Below, piece by piece: positions 1 to 8,249 of a stretch of 34,964 nucleotides of DNA; the first letter of the stretch is position 1, and every line of letters starts with the position of its first letter. The notes below the pieces were generated by a model. That model did not search any database. It was not told the origin of the DNA and saw only the letters and a program-made list of their open reading frames with translations. The translations under genes were made by a program, and so were the position numbers. The stretch comes from a virus (lineage: Duplodnaviria; Caudoviricetes): the IMG/VR virus record IMGVR_UViG_3300016466_000672, positions 1-34,964 of that record. One strand, written 5' to 3'.

Positions 1-602
1 ACAGACAGCGTTCCATGCGACATCAATGGTGCGCCACCGGCACCGTGGAAGTACTTCAGCGCAAGTCCGTATCTCTCGCCGTTGATTCGCGTCCAGAACC
101 TCACCCAGCCTCCGTATCCGCCGGGATACACCTTGCTGCCGGACTGCTGGCTCATGCGCTCGCAGAGTCGTTCGGTCAGGTCTGTCTCGCAGTTCTTGAG
201 AATCGCCGACTCGTGGTTGCCCCTGCCGATGACCACGAAGTTCTTGGCGTACGGCGTGTAGAAGTCCGAGGCGTGGCGAACTAGGGAATCGAGGTAGTCC
301 GCAGCCAGTGCATGCTCTTCTCGAATGCCCGCCTTGTTGCGGCGAGGATCGAACTTACCCTCCATCGCGCAGAACAAATCACCGACATCAATGATGCCGG
401 CATTTCGTCGAAGTGCCTCGTCAAGATGTGCTTTCTCGAGGTCATGGTCAGCGTGGGGATTATCGTGGTGGCGGTCCCCGGACAGTAGGAACCACCACTC
501 ATCCGTTCGCGCGGTGCAATCGAGATCGACGAGGTGGATGTTCCTCGACGCTGCCCTCACCTGGAACGGTGCCTTGAGATGCGATCCCAAGGGTGTGGTC
601 AT
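1..602 (-). CDS. Calcineurin-like metallophosphoesterase (truncated at window edge; not in ORF track)
   Basis: Hand translation from ATG 602: MTTPLGSHLK...LLSGDRHHDNP...IDVGDLF...IGRGNHE...KYFHGAGG. This gives DxH, GD, GNHE and H motifs in the canonical order. The frame is open to position 1 and is coupled to the upstream ORF by a TAATG overlap. Confidence 0.85.
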   Translation of the reverse strand, partial: MTTPLGSHLKAPFQVRAASRNIHLVDLDCTARTDEWWFLLSGDRHHDNPHADHDLEKAHLDEALRRNAGIIDVGDLFCAMEGKFDPRRNKAGIREEHALAADYLDSLVRHASDFYTPYAKNFVVIGRGNHESAILKNCETDLTERLCERMSQQSGSKVYPGGYGGWVRFWTRINGERYGLALKYFHGAGGAPLMSHGTLS

Positions 603-721
603 TAGAGCTTCGAGCCGTGCTTCTTGCAGAGGTACCAGCCGGCCACGAAGCCGACGACACCGAGCAGGGCCGCGAACCACAGGCTACCGAGGAACGAAGA
701 GAAATCAGCGAGAATCATCAT
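602..721 (-). CDS. 39-aa single-pass membrane peptide (holin/antiholin-like; not in ORF track)
   Basis: MMILADFSSFLGSLWFAALLGVVGFVAGWYLCKKHGSKL: one hydrophobic helix and a basic tail, with an ATGA overlap upstream and a TAATG overlap downstream. Confidence 0.7.
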   Translation of the reverse strand: MMILADFSSFLGSLWFAALLGVVGFVAGWYLCKKHGSKL

Positions 722-1218
722 GAACCTTTCTTGTGAACTTTCCGCCACGCAGCGTCAAACGCAGGGTCCGATGCTCGCCGCGCAGCGATGTACTCGCGAG
801 CATCTTCTGGTTTAGAGGGGTCCAGCATGCCGGCCGCGAGAGACGCGTCCTGCACCGTTCGGCGCGGGATCCAGCCAACGGCAACCCGGATGGCTTGGCC
901 CAATCCGGTCTGCCACAGGATGACCGCCACCGCCAGGGCAACCACGGCTGCAGCCACCCACCAAAGTGTCGATAACCATGCTGGCGTGCGATCCTCCAGA
1001 TGAGGAATGCTGCCGTGAATGTCACCAGCAAGACCGTTGATGCGTTCGGCACGGGTCACCACCTCCTTGTCACCCACGGCCATGCCGTGGTCGATGAGGG
1101 ACTGGGACTCGGCTTGAATGGCGGTTGCGTTGCGGCTCACCTTGGCAAGCTCGCTGCACCCCACCAGCAGGTCAACGAACAGAATCAAGCTGGCGCTCGA
1201 TCTTGTCCAGCCGTGCAT
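718..1218 (-). CDS. Lipoprotein-signal protein with a second transmembrane helix (spanin-like candidate)
   Basis: Lipobox-like LLVG-C at residue 21, an amphipathic helical segment, then a TM segment LWWVAAAVVALAVAVILW. It overlaps the upstream membrane gene by 47 nt. Confidence 0.55.
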   Translation of the reverse strand: MHGWTRSSASLILFVDLLVGCSELAKVSRNATAIQAESQSLIDHGMAVGDKEVVTRAERINGLAGDIHGSIPHLEDRTPAWLSTLWWVAAAVVALAVAVILWQTGLGQAIRVAVGWIPRRTVQDASLAAGMLDPSKPEDAREYIAARRASDPAFDAAWRKVHKKGS

Positions 1219-1372
1219 TGATTGTCTCCTGTTGCGTGACTAGCTTCATCAGCAACCGGTCGTGGTGCAGGAACGCGCCGAGCACCGCACCGCTTAGTGC
1301 GAATGCAAGGCTAGCGAGTGCGATCCAATCCCGCGCCGACAGGCGCACGATGTTGTTCCGCTCTAGGGTCAT
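1172..1372 (-). CDS. Small membrane protein with coiled-coil tail (holin or i-spanin-like)
   Basis: TM segment WIALASLAFALSGAVLGAFL followed by the heptad-like TINARLDKIERQLD. Confidence 0.6.
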   Translation of the reverse strand: MTLERNNIVRLSARDWIALASLAFALSGAVLGAFLHHDRLLMKLVTQQETINARLDKIERQLDSVR

Positions 1373-1373
1373 G

Positions 1374-2927
1374 TCAAAGATTGTCTAGAAGGGCCCTTGC
1401 AATCATGTCGGCAACGACGACATATCCATTGTTGGGAATCTGCGGAATGCAATCAAAGTCCGTGCTGTAGTAGAACCCCGGGGTTCCAGACGTGACGTTG
1501 TTCTGGCTGCCTTCCTTATAGGTAATGCTTGAAGCCCCGAACGGCGGCGAACGAAGATGAGATTCGTTCTTGCCATTCTGAAACACCTGATAAAGATTGC
1601 GTCGGCTGAGTTCCGCCGCACTAATCAGCGCTCCAATGTCGACAAGCGTGACTCCCGAATCTGCGAATCCGTTGTTGCCATTAATCCAATTCACGGCAGC
1701 AGCAAGAACACGGGTCCGCTCCTGGCTCCAACCACCATCTCCAGTTGCACCAGCGTTGGTGGGGTGAGTGGGAGACATGACAAATGCAAGATCAGCTTCC
1801 GGGTATCCAAGGGAAGCCCACACCTGCTTCACTTTGACGACGATCTGCTGAGCTGAAGAAACCCAACTTGCGGGCGTTTCTCCCCCCATGTTGATTCCGG
1901 AATTGTGCCACCAGATCACACGGCCAGTTCCACCTGCAGCAATCTGGCGCTCACGAATTTCCTTGATGTAACTTTCGAGGCTCTTGCCTCCTGCCACAAC
2001 GGAGTTTGCAAGTGCCGTTGACGTTGCACCCCCGTAGTAGTTGAGACACGATACGCAGTGACCCTTGTAGTTTCTGCGAATCACCGACTGCCAGATGAAT
2101 GCAACGGGTCCTACAGGAGTCCAATCCCCAAGACGGTTGTAACCATCGAAGCTGCAGATGACCTTCGAGTTCTGGGTTGCTGAAGCAGGCGAGTTGAAGT
2201 CAAGCGTCGCGGTTGCATAGATGTGGTTTCCAAGCCCGGCAGGAGTATCTGCACTGATGTCAGAGGAAGACCCTGCAATCAGTGTGTTGACACCCCGAAG
2301 TGCCTGAAGCCTGAACTTTCCGCCCGCACCCTGGAATGTTCCGTAAACAACCCGATACTGAAGTTCAACACCCCCCGCTCCCCCACCGATGACCATTGGA
2401 TGACCGGCATTGATCCAAACAGCTCCACCATTTGCGGGAGAAGTGTAATTGTCTCCTGAAGCAATAAATGCGACATCGTATGTGAACGATCCCGGCTTGA
2501 TTCCAAAAGCAGAAATGTCTCCCATGTACGCATCAAAGGAGATCGCATCCGCATTGGCCGCTGCAACCGCAGTGGAGATGTTCGAGATGCTTCCCGTACC
2601 AGAAACACCAGCAGTTGAAGTGCCATAGAAGATCGTCTTGACAAAGTCACCGAACAGACCCCCTGACCTGTTCTGCGATGCTGCTTGATCCATGTGAGAT
2701 GTGATCTGCATTGGCGTCGCGTAGACCGGAATGCCCAAGTTGGTGAGCGCTTGCGCCCAACCTTGGGTGTACCCCGTCAGTGCATCGCTTCCTGCATTGG
2801 AGTCACCAAAGACAATGACATCAAGGGAGTTGGCCCCAGACGTCGCATCCTTGATGAATTCAGCGGCTCGATTGCTGCCGTAGATTGCTCGGGAGTTCTT
2901 GTCGGTGACGGGATAAGCAGTAGTCAT
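1374..2927 (-). CDS. SGNH/GDSL-hydrolase-like virion or tail-associated protein
   Basis: Block I VIVFGDSN, block II-like YYGGATS, block III-like NSGIN and a C-terminal ESHL. G/S/T/A-rich with lower GC than the early region. Confidence 0.6.
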   Translation of the reverse strand: MTTAYPVTDKNSRAIYGSNRAAEFIKDATSGANSLDVIVFGDSNAGSDALTGYTQGWAQALTNLGIPVYATPMQITSHMDQAASQNRSGGLFGDFVKTIFYGTSTAGVSGTGSISNISTAVAAANADAISFDAYMGDISAFGIKPGSFTYDVAFIASGDNYTSPANGGAVWINAGHPMVIGGGAGGVELQYRVVYGTFQGAGGKFRLQALRGVNTLIAGSSSDISADTPAGLGNHIYATATLDFNSPASATQNSKVICSFDGYNRLGDWTPVGPVAFIWQSVIRRNYKGHCVSCLNYYGGATSTALANSVVAGGKSLESYIKEIRERQIAAGGTGRVIWWHNSGINMGGETPASWVSSAQQIVVKVKQVWASLGYPEADLAFVMSPTHPTNAGATGDGGWSQERTRVLAAAVNWINGNNGFADSGVTLVDIGALISAAELSRRNLYQVFQNGKNESHLRSPPFGASSITYKEGSQNNVTSGTPGFYYSTDFDCIPQIPNNGYVVVADMIARALLDNL

Positions 2928-2930
2928 TGT

Positions 2931-3518
2931 TCAGAGTCCTGCGCAAAGAGCAGCGAATTGATCGAGATTAGCACCCGCCTGGGTGAAATGGAATTCAACA
3001 AGTTCGGTTCCGATGGTGTCGATCAGGAAGTGACCACCACCTCCGCTTGAGAACGACTGATACAGACGTGATTCTCCACGATAGGGAGTCGTATCAGGAG
3101 CGGTTCCGGTCGCCCCGTACTGGAAAATCTCACGAACGGTTCCGACTCCTGTCCAGTTGACTGAAGCGTTGGCGACGACCGACACAGTGCCCGGCTTCAA
3201 TGAAGAAAGAAGACGAGCTTCCCACCATCCGGTGCTGAGTTCCCGGCTCCACCCAAAGACGTAGAACTGCGGTATGTTCTGGAGCGCGGTGTTATTTCGG
3301 GTTGTCAGGAACTTGATCCGCAGGTAGTTCAGGCTGCTCCCGATGAACAGGGAGTTGGGGAACGCCGTCGCATCCGGCTTGGTCGCTTGGGGAAAGTGTG
3401 CTGACGGGGTGTCCGCAGCAAGGTTCGCTGCCGTGACGAACTTTGCACCACTTGCATCCCCCGTCGTGGTCGCGAAGTGAGATGAACTCGTGTTTGTGTA
3501 GATCTGGACGGAGCTCAT
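2931..3518 (-). CDS. Hypothetical beta-rich protein, probably structural
   Basis: 195-aa S/T/G-rich ORF tightly coupled to the SGNH gene (3-nt gap). Confidence 0.6.
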   Translation of the reverse strand: MSSVQIYTNTSSSHFATTTGDASGAKFVTAANLAADTPSAHFPQATKPDATAFPNSLFIGSSLNYLRIKFLTTRNNTALQNIPQFYVFGWSRELSTGWWEARLLSSLKPGTVSVVANASVNWTGVGTVREIFQYGATGTAPDTTPYRGESRLYQSFSSGGGGHFLIDTIGTELVEFHFTQAGANLDQFAALCAGL

Positions 3519-4011
3519 GCTGGCGTTCCTGGCTGATGAGCCACCTCAGCGCCCATTCCCCTGCGGCCCTACGCTGGCCGGTCGTGCTCAGGGGCATGAG
3601 GATGAGCGGCAATCCGAACACCCCGATGATATCCAATAAAGCGTCTGCCGCAACACCTGGATGTGGGAGTCCCGCCCTTACCTCGAAGGCCCCCACCTGC
3701 CCCTCGAACAGGAGGCATGCCGTGCGGCATTCGTCCCGTAGCCGCTTGCAGCAGTCGGTGAATCGTCGATAACCGTCGACCGTGAGGCAGTTTCCCGCGA
3801 TCTCCTCGAAGCTGCCCTTGCGTTCAATGGCGCTGCTGCCCCCCACCAGCCGGTAGTCACCTGTCTTGAGGGTCTGGGTTTGAGTGCGGACCGTCAATGT
3901 GCGTGACCGACCGGTGGTGGGAAGGCGGCTCCTGTCCAGCACCACGAGGTGGGCGGGAAAGGTTAGTGGTTTCTTCTCTCGGCTGTCGATGATGAGGTCG
4001 ACGTGGGACAC
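3292..4011 (-). CDS. ERCC4/XPF-type nuclease (candidate resolvase)
   Basis: IIDSREKKP, LKTGDY and IERKGSFEE match the ERCC4 (V/I)DxRE...GDY...ERK signature. About the last 75 aa overlap the downstream gene. Confidence 0.8.
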   Translation of the reverse strand: MSHVDLIIDSREKKPLTFPAHLVVLDRSRLPTTGRSRTLTVRTQTQTLKTGDYRLVGGSSAIERKGSFEEIAGNCLTVDGYRRFTDCCKRLRDECRTACLLFEGQVGAFEVRAGLPHPGVAADALLDIIGVFGLPLILMPLSTTGQRRAAGEWALRWLISQERQHELRPDLHKHEFISLRDHDGGCKWCKVRHGSEPCCGHPVSTLSPSDQAGCDGVPQLPVHREQPELPADQVPDNPK

Positions 4012-4023
4012 GCCGCCATCCTA
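4012..4023 (-). promoter_or_regulatory. -10 element TAGGAT 6 nt upstream of the ERCC4 GTG start (leaderless promoter candidate)
   Basis: Minus strand reads TAGGAT-ggcggc-GTG, with no SD in the 6-nt spacer. Confidence 0.45.
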
Positions 4024-4027
4024 TCGC

Positions 4028-4435
4028 TCAACCTTCGCCCTTGTACAACTCGTGGGCCAACGTCCTGCGAAGTTCCTCGACCGGACTGGTCTCCTTCTGC
4101 TCTTGGCCCGGCTTGGTGGGGACCTTGTTCATGGCGGGCACCAGCATCATCTGGCTGAGCCACCAGTCCGGGCTGGGCAGGAAACCCATGTCCTCCATCA
4201 CATGCTGCTCCGCGATCACGCGGACGGGGATGTCCTTGCCATCGGAGTTGCGGAGAGTGGTGCCAAACTTATCCTCGCACCAGAAGATGCCGGCGGTGTG
4301 GTGACGTAGGGCACGGTGCCTGGCGTCGCCGAAGTACTGCTTGGTCTCGTCGAACCAGTTGTGGATGTATAGGTAGTCAGAGTGTTCGCCGCCGTGCTTC
4401 TTGGCGGATGAGAGGGCGTGGTGGTAGGGGTGCAT
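4028..4435 (-). CDS. DUF6915-like protein
   Basis: HPYHHALSSAKKHGG...IHNWFDETK...HRALRHHTAGIFWCE..FG...VRVIAEQHVMEDMG, recognised from memory as the His-rich DUF6915 pattern. Confidence 0.75.
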   Translation of the reverse strand: MHPYHHALSSAKKHGGEHSDYLYIHNWFDETKQYFGDARHRALRHHTAGIFWCEDKFGTTLRNSDGKDIPVRVIAEQHVMEDMGFLPSPDWWLSQMMLVPAMNKVPTKPGQEQKETSPVEELRRTLAHELYKGEG

Positions 4436-4839
4436 CAGAAGGTGACCTCCTCGTCGGGGCTTTCGTCCCGCTCGTCGTTGTAGTCGATGTAGTGATTCTG
4501 GGTGATGCGACTTGTCTTGCTGTCGATGATGAAGTACCCGTGGCTGCCGATGACGTGGCCATCGCCGATCTCCCAGCCCGGGAAGCGGGACTCAAGCAAA
4601 CGGTAGAGTTCTTCGTGAATGGCGGATGGGTTGTCTCCGACGATCCCGAACGCGACCTTGGCCTTACCTGATTCGTCGTCGATGCGGTTGCCGCTGCTGT
4701 CCTCGAACCAGTAGTCCTCGAACCAACCGCTGTCGTCGGAACCGTTGTAGGACACGACGAGGCGGAAGCCCTCTGGCAAGACGGTACGGAGGTCGTTGAT
4801 GATGGTTCGGATGGTGGGGTACTTGGAGGTCGTGTTCAT
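4435..4839 (-). CDS. DUF6878-like protein (start reassigned to ATG 4839)
   Basis: VSYNGSDDSG...YRLLESRFPGWEIGDG...G pattern. ATGA overlap with the upstream ORF and an AAGGA SD. Confidence 0.7.
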   Translation of the reverse strand: MNTTSKYPTIRTIINDLRTVLPEGFRLVVSYNGSDDSGWFEDYWFEDSSGNRIDDESGKAKVAFGIVGDNPSAIHEELYRLLESRFPGWEIGDGHVIGSHGYFIIDSKTSRITQNHYIDYNDERDESPDEEVTF

Positions 4840-5165
4840 CTTGATTCCTTTGCCTGAAGAGTGATGTCGGATTCGAGCGTTTCCTTGTATCTCTCGAACG
4901 CGTTTGCAATGACAGGCGGCATGTTGTCTCCATAACGCCATGACGTCTCCGTATCGTCCTTGTCGAGGAACGAAGCGGAGATCGGGTAGTAGTCGATCCA
5001 TTCGACCAATACATCCTTCGGCTCATGTCGTGTTGCAGGTATCTCCGTGATTGTGAACTGGCACTCGAACGTGGCCGTGAACGTGGTCCCGTTCCGGTCG
5101 ATCCACACGGTGAAGTCCTGCTTACGAACTCGTTCGTCGTCACTCATCGTCGTCTCCATGGTCAA
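4836..5165 (-). CDS. Hypothetical protein
   Basis: About 109-aa acidic ORF in the coupled operon; start uncertain (ATG 5159 or 5147 possible). Confidence 0.6.
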   Translation of the reverse strand: MTMETTMSDDERVRKQDFTVWIDRNGTTFTATFECQFTITEIPATRHEPKDVLVEWIDYYPISASFLDKDDTETSWRYGDNMPPVIANAFERYKETLESDITLQAKESR

Positions 5166-5451
5166 GTGCGATCTCGTTTGCGTCGGGGCTGAAGCGGATG
5201 CGCCACGCCTCCCACTTCAGGTCGAATGCTGCGTTGTCCCCCACCTGCCTGGCGTATCCGTATTCGTGTGCCCAATGGTTGAAGAGGATGATGTCGGCGA
5301 GGCGGGCTCGGTTGATGGGGTCTGCGTGCGCGGCGGACAGGTGAGCCTTGTCCTGCATGACGGCGGACAGGAAGCTGCCCGGCGGATTGCCTGTTCGGTA
5401 GTGGTTGTAGAGGAGGTGGAACGTGTGTGGCGGGACTTGGATCTCGGCCAT
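5140..5451 (-). CDS. Hypothetical protein
   Basis: 103 aa, starts 3 nt after the polymerase stop; contains a PGSFLSAV segment. Confidence 0.65.
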   Translation of the reverse strand: MAEIQVPPHTFHLLYNHYRTGNPPGSFLSAVMQDKAHLSAAHADPINRARLADIILFNHWAHEYGYARQVGDNAAFDLKWEAWRIRFSPDANEIALDHGDDDE

Positions 5452-5454
5452 GGG

Positions 5455-7545
5455 TCACTCGTAGATGAGGGGTGCGTGGTGTCCTGAACGATTGCAGAGA
5501 TGGTGCCAGTATCCGGCAGTGCCCACGAACTCGACGGCGGCAAACATCAGGTCACGGGCGTGCTGCTCCGTGCCGGGCGGGCAGTCCAGGTAGATGGCGT
5601 CGTAGACCTGGAGGAACAGGTGCGGCTGGCGGTGGCTGGTGGGGGTGGTCAGGGGACCGAGCGAACGGTGGATGAAGTTCTGGATGGCGAGCATCACGTT
5701 GCCGGCGGTTGCCTGCACGGGGAAGTTGCAGACTTCGGAGATCATGGACTTGCCGCCCTTCCCCACCAGCTGACGGAGCTCACGTCGGGAAGACCATGCC
5801 CGTTCGTCGAGTCGGAAGTTGGTGAACGTGCGGGTGTGGCCGGTGTACGGCAACTCGATGTAGCCCTGCGACTCCGCCGTCTTGCAGAGCGAGTACTGCC
5901 ACTCGACGAGGCGCGGACGCTGGGCGTGACGGGATGCGGCGATTCGCTCGAAGAAGGGTAGTGGGTAGAGAGTGCCGGACATGTCGAGGACGGATCGTTG
6001 CAGACGGGCAGGCGATGCGCCGAAGAGGTCGGCGAAGTTCACGGTCTTGCCGATCTGTCGAAGGGCTTTGAAGTCGGGGCGGGATTGTGCGTCCGTGCCG
6101 AAGATGGCGAGCGTGCGCTGGGTGTGCAGGTCCACGCCTTCGTTGAACGCGGCGAGGAGGGTGGGCTCGCCGGACAGAATGGCCGCGACGCGCAGCTCGA
6201 TCTGCGACAGGTCGAAGGACACGATGGTGCCGCCGGGGAACCGGCTGGTCTCGCAGTCCTTGATTGCGGCGGGGAAGGTCTGGGCTGCCGGGTTCTTGCA
6301 GGTGATGCGGGCCTGGATCGTGCCGCCTTCAGAGCCTGAGTCCTTGGGCACTGACGGGACCGTGTACCAGGTGGGGTAGGCAATGCCGATGCCGGGAGAA
6401 TCTGGCCGGCTGAGAAGGACAGATGAGCGGTCGGTCGGCTTGGTGCGCCGGTGCCGCAAGAGCGGATGTGTGTAGGAAGACACCAACTTCTGTGCCGTGC
6501 TGTGTTTGTCGGCACACTCGAAGATGGTGCGCGCTGGATGCGAGTCGGGCAGGTGGCTCGCGATCAGGCGTCGGTTCTCGCTGGACCATGAGAGCTCGCG
6601 CGCTTTCTCGGTGTAGGTGAGGAGGGGGTGGGAGAGGAAGTCGGGGTTGGTTGGGAGGATGTCCTCGATGCAGCGGTTCATGAACTCGCGCTGGGACTGG
6701 ACGGAACCTTCGCCTTCGATGAGTACCCCACCAGCAGCGGCGCAGTTGGTCGCGTCCTCCGCCTGCTTCAGCAGGTCCTGCTCGAGTGCGGTGAGGGCGG
6801 GGAGGGAGAAGGGGATGCCCGCCTCGGACATGCGTATCGTGGACCACAGGGTTTCGCTGAAGTGGTGGACGCTGTAGGAGCCAAGCTTGTCGGTGTTGGG
6901 GTAGTCACGCTGGATGCGGCGCGCGAGGTGCGCGACTGCGAGCATGGTGTTGTGCGTGTCCTGCGCGTTGTAGGAGTGGAGGTCCGGGCAGGAGGGGGAA
7001 GGGAACCGGCGACCGTCCTTGAGGGTGGCGTCGTCACGGTAGGAGTGGGTGCCGAGCACGGGGCCAAGCGACTTGAGGCTTCGCTCGGGACGCAGTTCGG
7101 AGTGCAGGAAGTTGACGACGGACAGGTCGATGAGGGTGTGCCGTCCGTTGAGGGCGAGGGAGAGGGCGGGGCTGAATGCACGGAGCCAGAGGATGTCGAA
7201 CGGCAGGTTCATGCCGACGATGGTGTGCGCATGGCGGAGCCAGGCCAGCAGGATCTGGTGGGTGGTGGGGTCGGTGAGGTTGAGAGTGAAGGTGGGACCG
7301 GGCACGAGTGCGGCCACGCCGTCGAGGTTCCACGAGCCGGGCACGTTGGCTGGTGTGGGCTCGGCCGCTGCGACCGTGATGGCGCATGTGAGTACCAGGT
7401 CCTGGCGGGCAACGCCGTCCGTGGCGATGGCCCGTGCAGGGTGAAAGACCGTCTGTGCCGGAAGCATGGTGCCCTTGCCGTTGGTTGCGGCAGCGCCGTA
7501 GGTCTCGATGTCGAGGGAGATGACGCGGGGGCTGGTGGGGTTCAC
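5455..7545 (-). CDS. polA: Family A DNA polymerase with 3'-5' exonuclease
   Basis: Exo I DIET, Exo II NLPFD, Exo III YNAQD; motif A DLSQIELR, motif B RQIGKTVNFADLFG, NFPVQATA, motif C QVYDAI. Confidence 0.93.
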   Translation of the reverse strand: MNPTSPRVISLDIETYGAAATNGKGTMLPAQTVFHPARAIATDGVARQDLVLTCAITVAAAEPTPANVPGSWNLDGVAALVPGPTFTLNLTDPTTHQILLAWLRHAHTIVGMNLPFDILWLRAFSPALSLALNGRHTLIDLSVVNFLHSELRPERSLKSLGPVLGTHSYRDDATLKDGRRFPSPSCPDLHSYNAQDTHNTMLAVAHLARRIQRDYPNTDKLGSYSVHHFSETLWSTIRMSEAGIPFSLPALTALEQDLLKQAEDATNCAAAGGVLIEGEGSVQSQREFMNRCIEDILPTNPDFLSHPLLTYTEKARELSWSSENRRLIASHLPDSHPARTIFECADKHSTAQKLVSSYTHPLLRHRRTKPTDRSSVLLSRPDSPGIGIAYPTWYTVPSVPKDSGSEGGTIQARITCKNPAAQTFPAAIKDCETSRFPGGTIVSFDLSQIELRVAAILSGEPTLLAAFNEGVDLHTQRTLAIFGTDAQSRPDFKALRQIGKTVNFADLFGASPARLQRSVLDMSGTLYPLPFFERIAASRHAQRPRLVEWQYSLCKTAESQGYIELPYTGHTRTFTNFRLDERAWSSRRELRQLVGKGGKSMISEVCNFPVQATAGNVMLAIQNFIHRSLGPLTTPTSHRQPHLFLQVYDAIYLDCPPGTEQHARDLMFAAVEFVGTAGYWHHLCNRSGHHAPLIYE

Positions 7546-7682
7546 AGGCAGGACTTGAGGAAGAAGGCGATGAGGAACGCGAGGAGTGCGACTGGAGCAA
7601 GCCAGAACAAGAGCGCGAAGATGATGAGGACGAGGCCTCCGATGAAGTTCACGATGGGGTTGTCATTGTTCACGGACTTCAT
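7542..7682 (-). CDS. 46-aa membrane peptide (not in ORF track)
   Basis: MKSVNNDNPIVNFIGGLVLIIFALLFWLAPVALLAFLIAFFLKSCL; GTGA overlap with the polA start. Confidence 0.7.
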   Translation of the reverse strand: MKSVNNDNPIVNFIGGLVLIIFALLFWLAPVALLAFLIAFFLKSCL

Positions 7683-7971
7683 ACTCCTGGATGCGTGAGA
7701 GGTACATGGTGTTGCGTGCCTTGGCTTCCTTCAGTTCCTGCCGTAGCGTGACGATGATCTCAGTCTGCCTGTTGATCTCGCCAACGCAGCGGAGGAAGGT
7801 GGACATGAGCGAGCGGGTCGGCATTCCCTGCGGCGTGCCGTACCACGACTGCCAGTTCATCCAGTACACCATTGCCTCGCCGAGCGGGGTGTCGCTGGTG
7901 GGTGTGCGGCTCTTGTAGTTGTGTTCCGTCGCCGGGTCATACGGATCGTGGTCGGGCGCAGCGTCGGTCAT
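7663..7971 (-). CDS. Hypothetical protein with C-terminal coiled coil (start reassigned to ATG 7971)
   Basis: MTDAAPDHDPY...; ATGA overlap with the upstream ORF. Confidence 0.65.
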   Translation of the reverse strand: MTDAAPDHDPYDPATEHNYKSRTPTSDTPLGEAMVYWMNWQSWYGTPQGMPTRSLMSTFLRCVGEINRQTEIIVTLRQELKEAKARNTMYLSRIQEYEVREQ

Positions 7972-8249
7972 TTCTTCAGCTCCTTTAACTTCTTGACGTA
8001 TCGGTCGATTGATTCCTTGAGTCGGTCGTTCTCGAACTTGCGACGGTTGCCCCACTCATCAACCAGGCGGTAGTTGTCGGCGATTTCCTCCATCAGGTCT
8101 CTGCTCAGGCAGATCCATCCTGTGGCATCGGCCACGCCCTTGAGGTAGAGGAGATAGTCCTTCACGGACATGTTGTTCTCGACTTGGTAGACGGGGACGT
8201 TGCCGTCGCAACCGGCCGGTGGGAGCATGTACTTGACGTTGTCATTCAT
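7968..8249 (-). CDS. Hypothetical protein
   Basis: 93 aa with ATGA overlaps at both ends. Confidence 0.7.
   Translation of the reverse strand: MNDNVKYMLPPAGCDGNVPVYQVENNMSVKDYLLYLKGVADATGWICLSRDLMEEIADNYRLVDEWGNRRKFENDRLKESIDRYVKKLKELKK

Noticed and set aside
6628-7698. 356-aa plus-strand ORF and similar G/V/E-rich ORFs at 10413-11294
   Set aside because: Antisense shadows of polA and early genes caused by the strong C bias of the coding strand.
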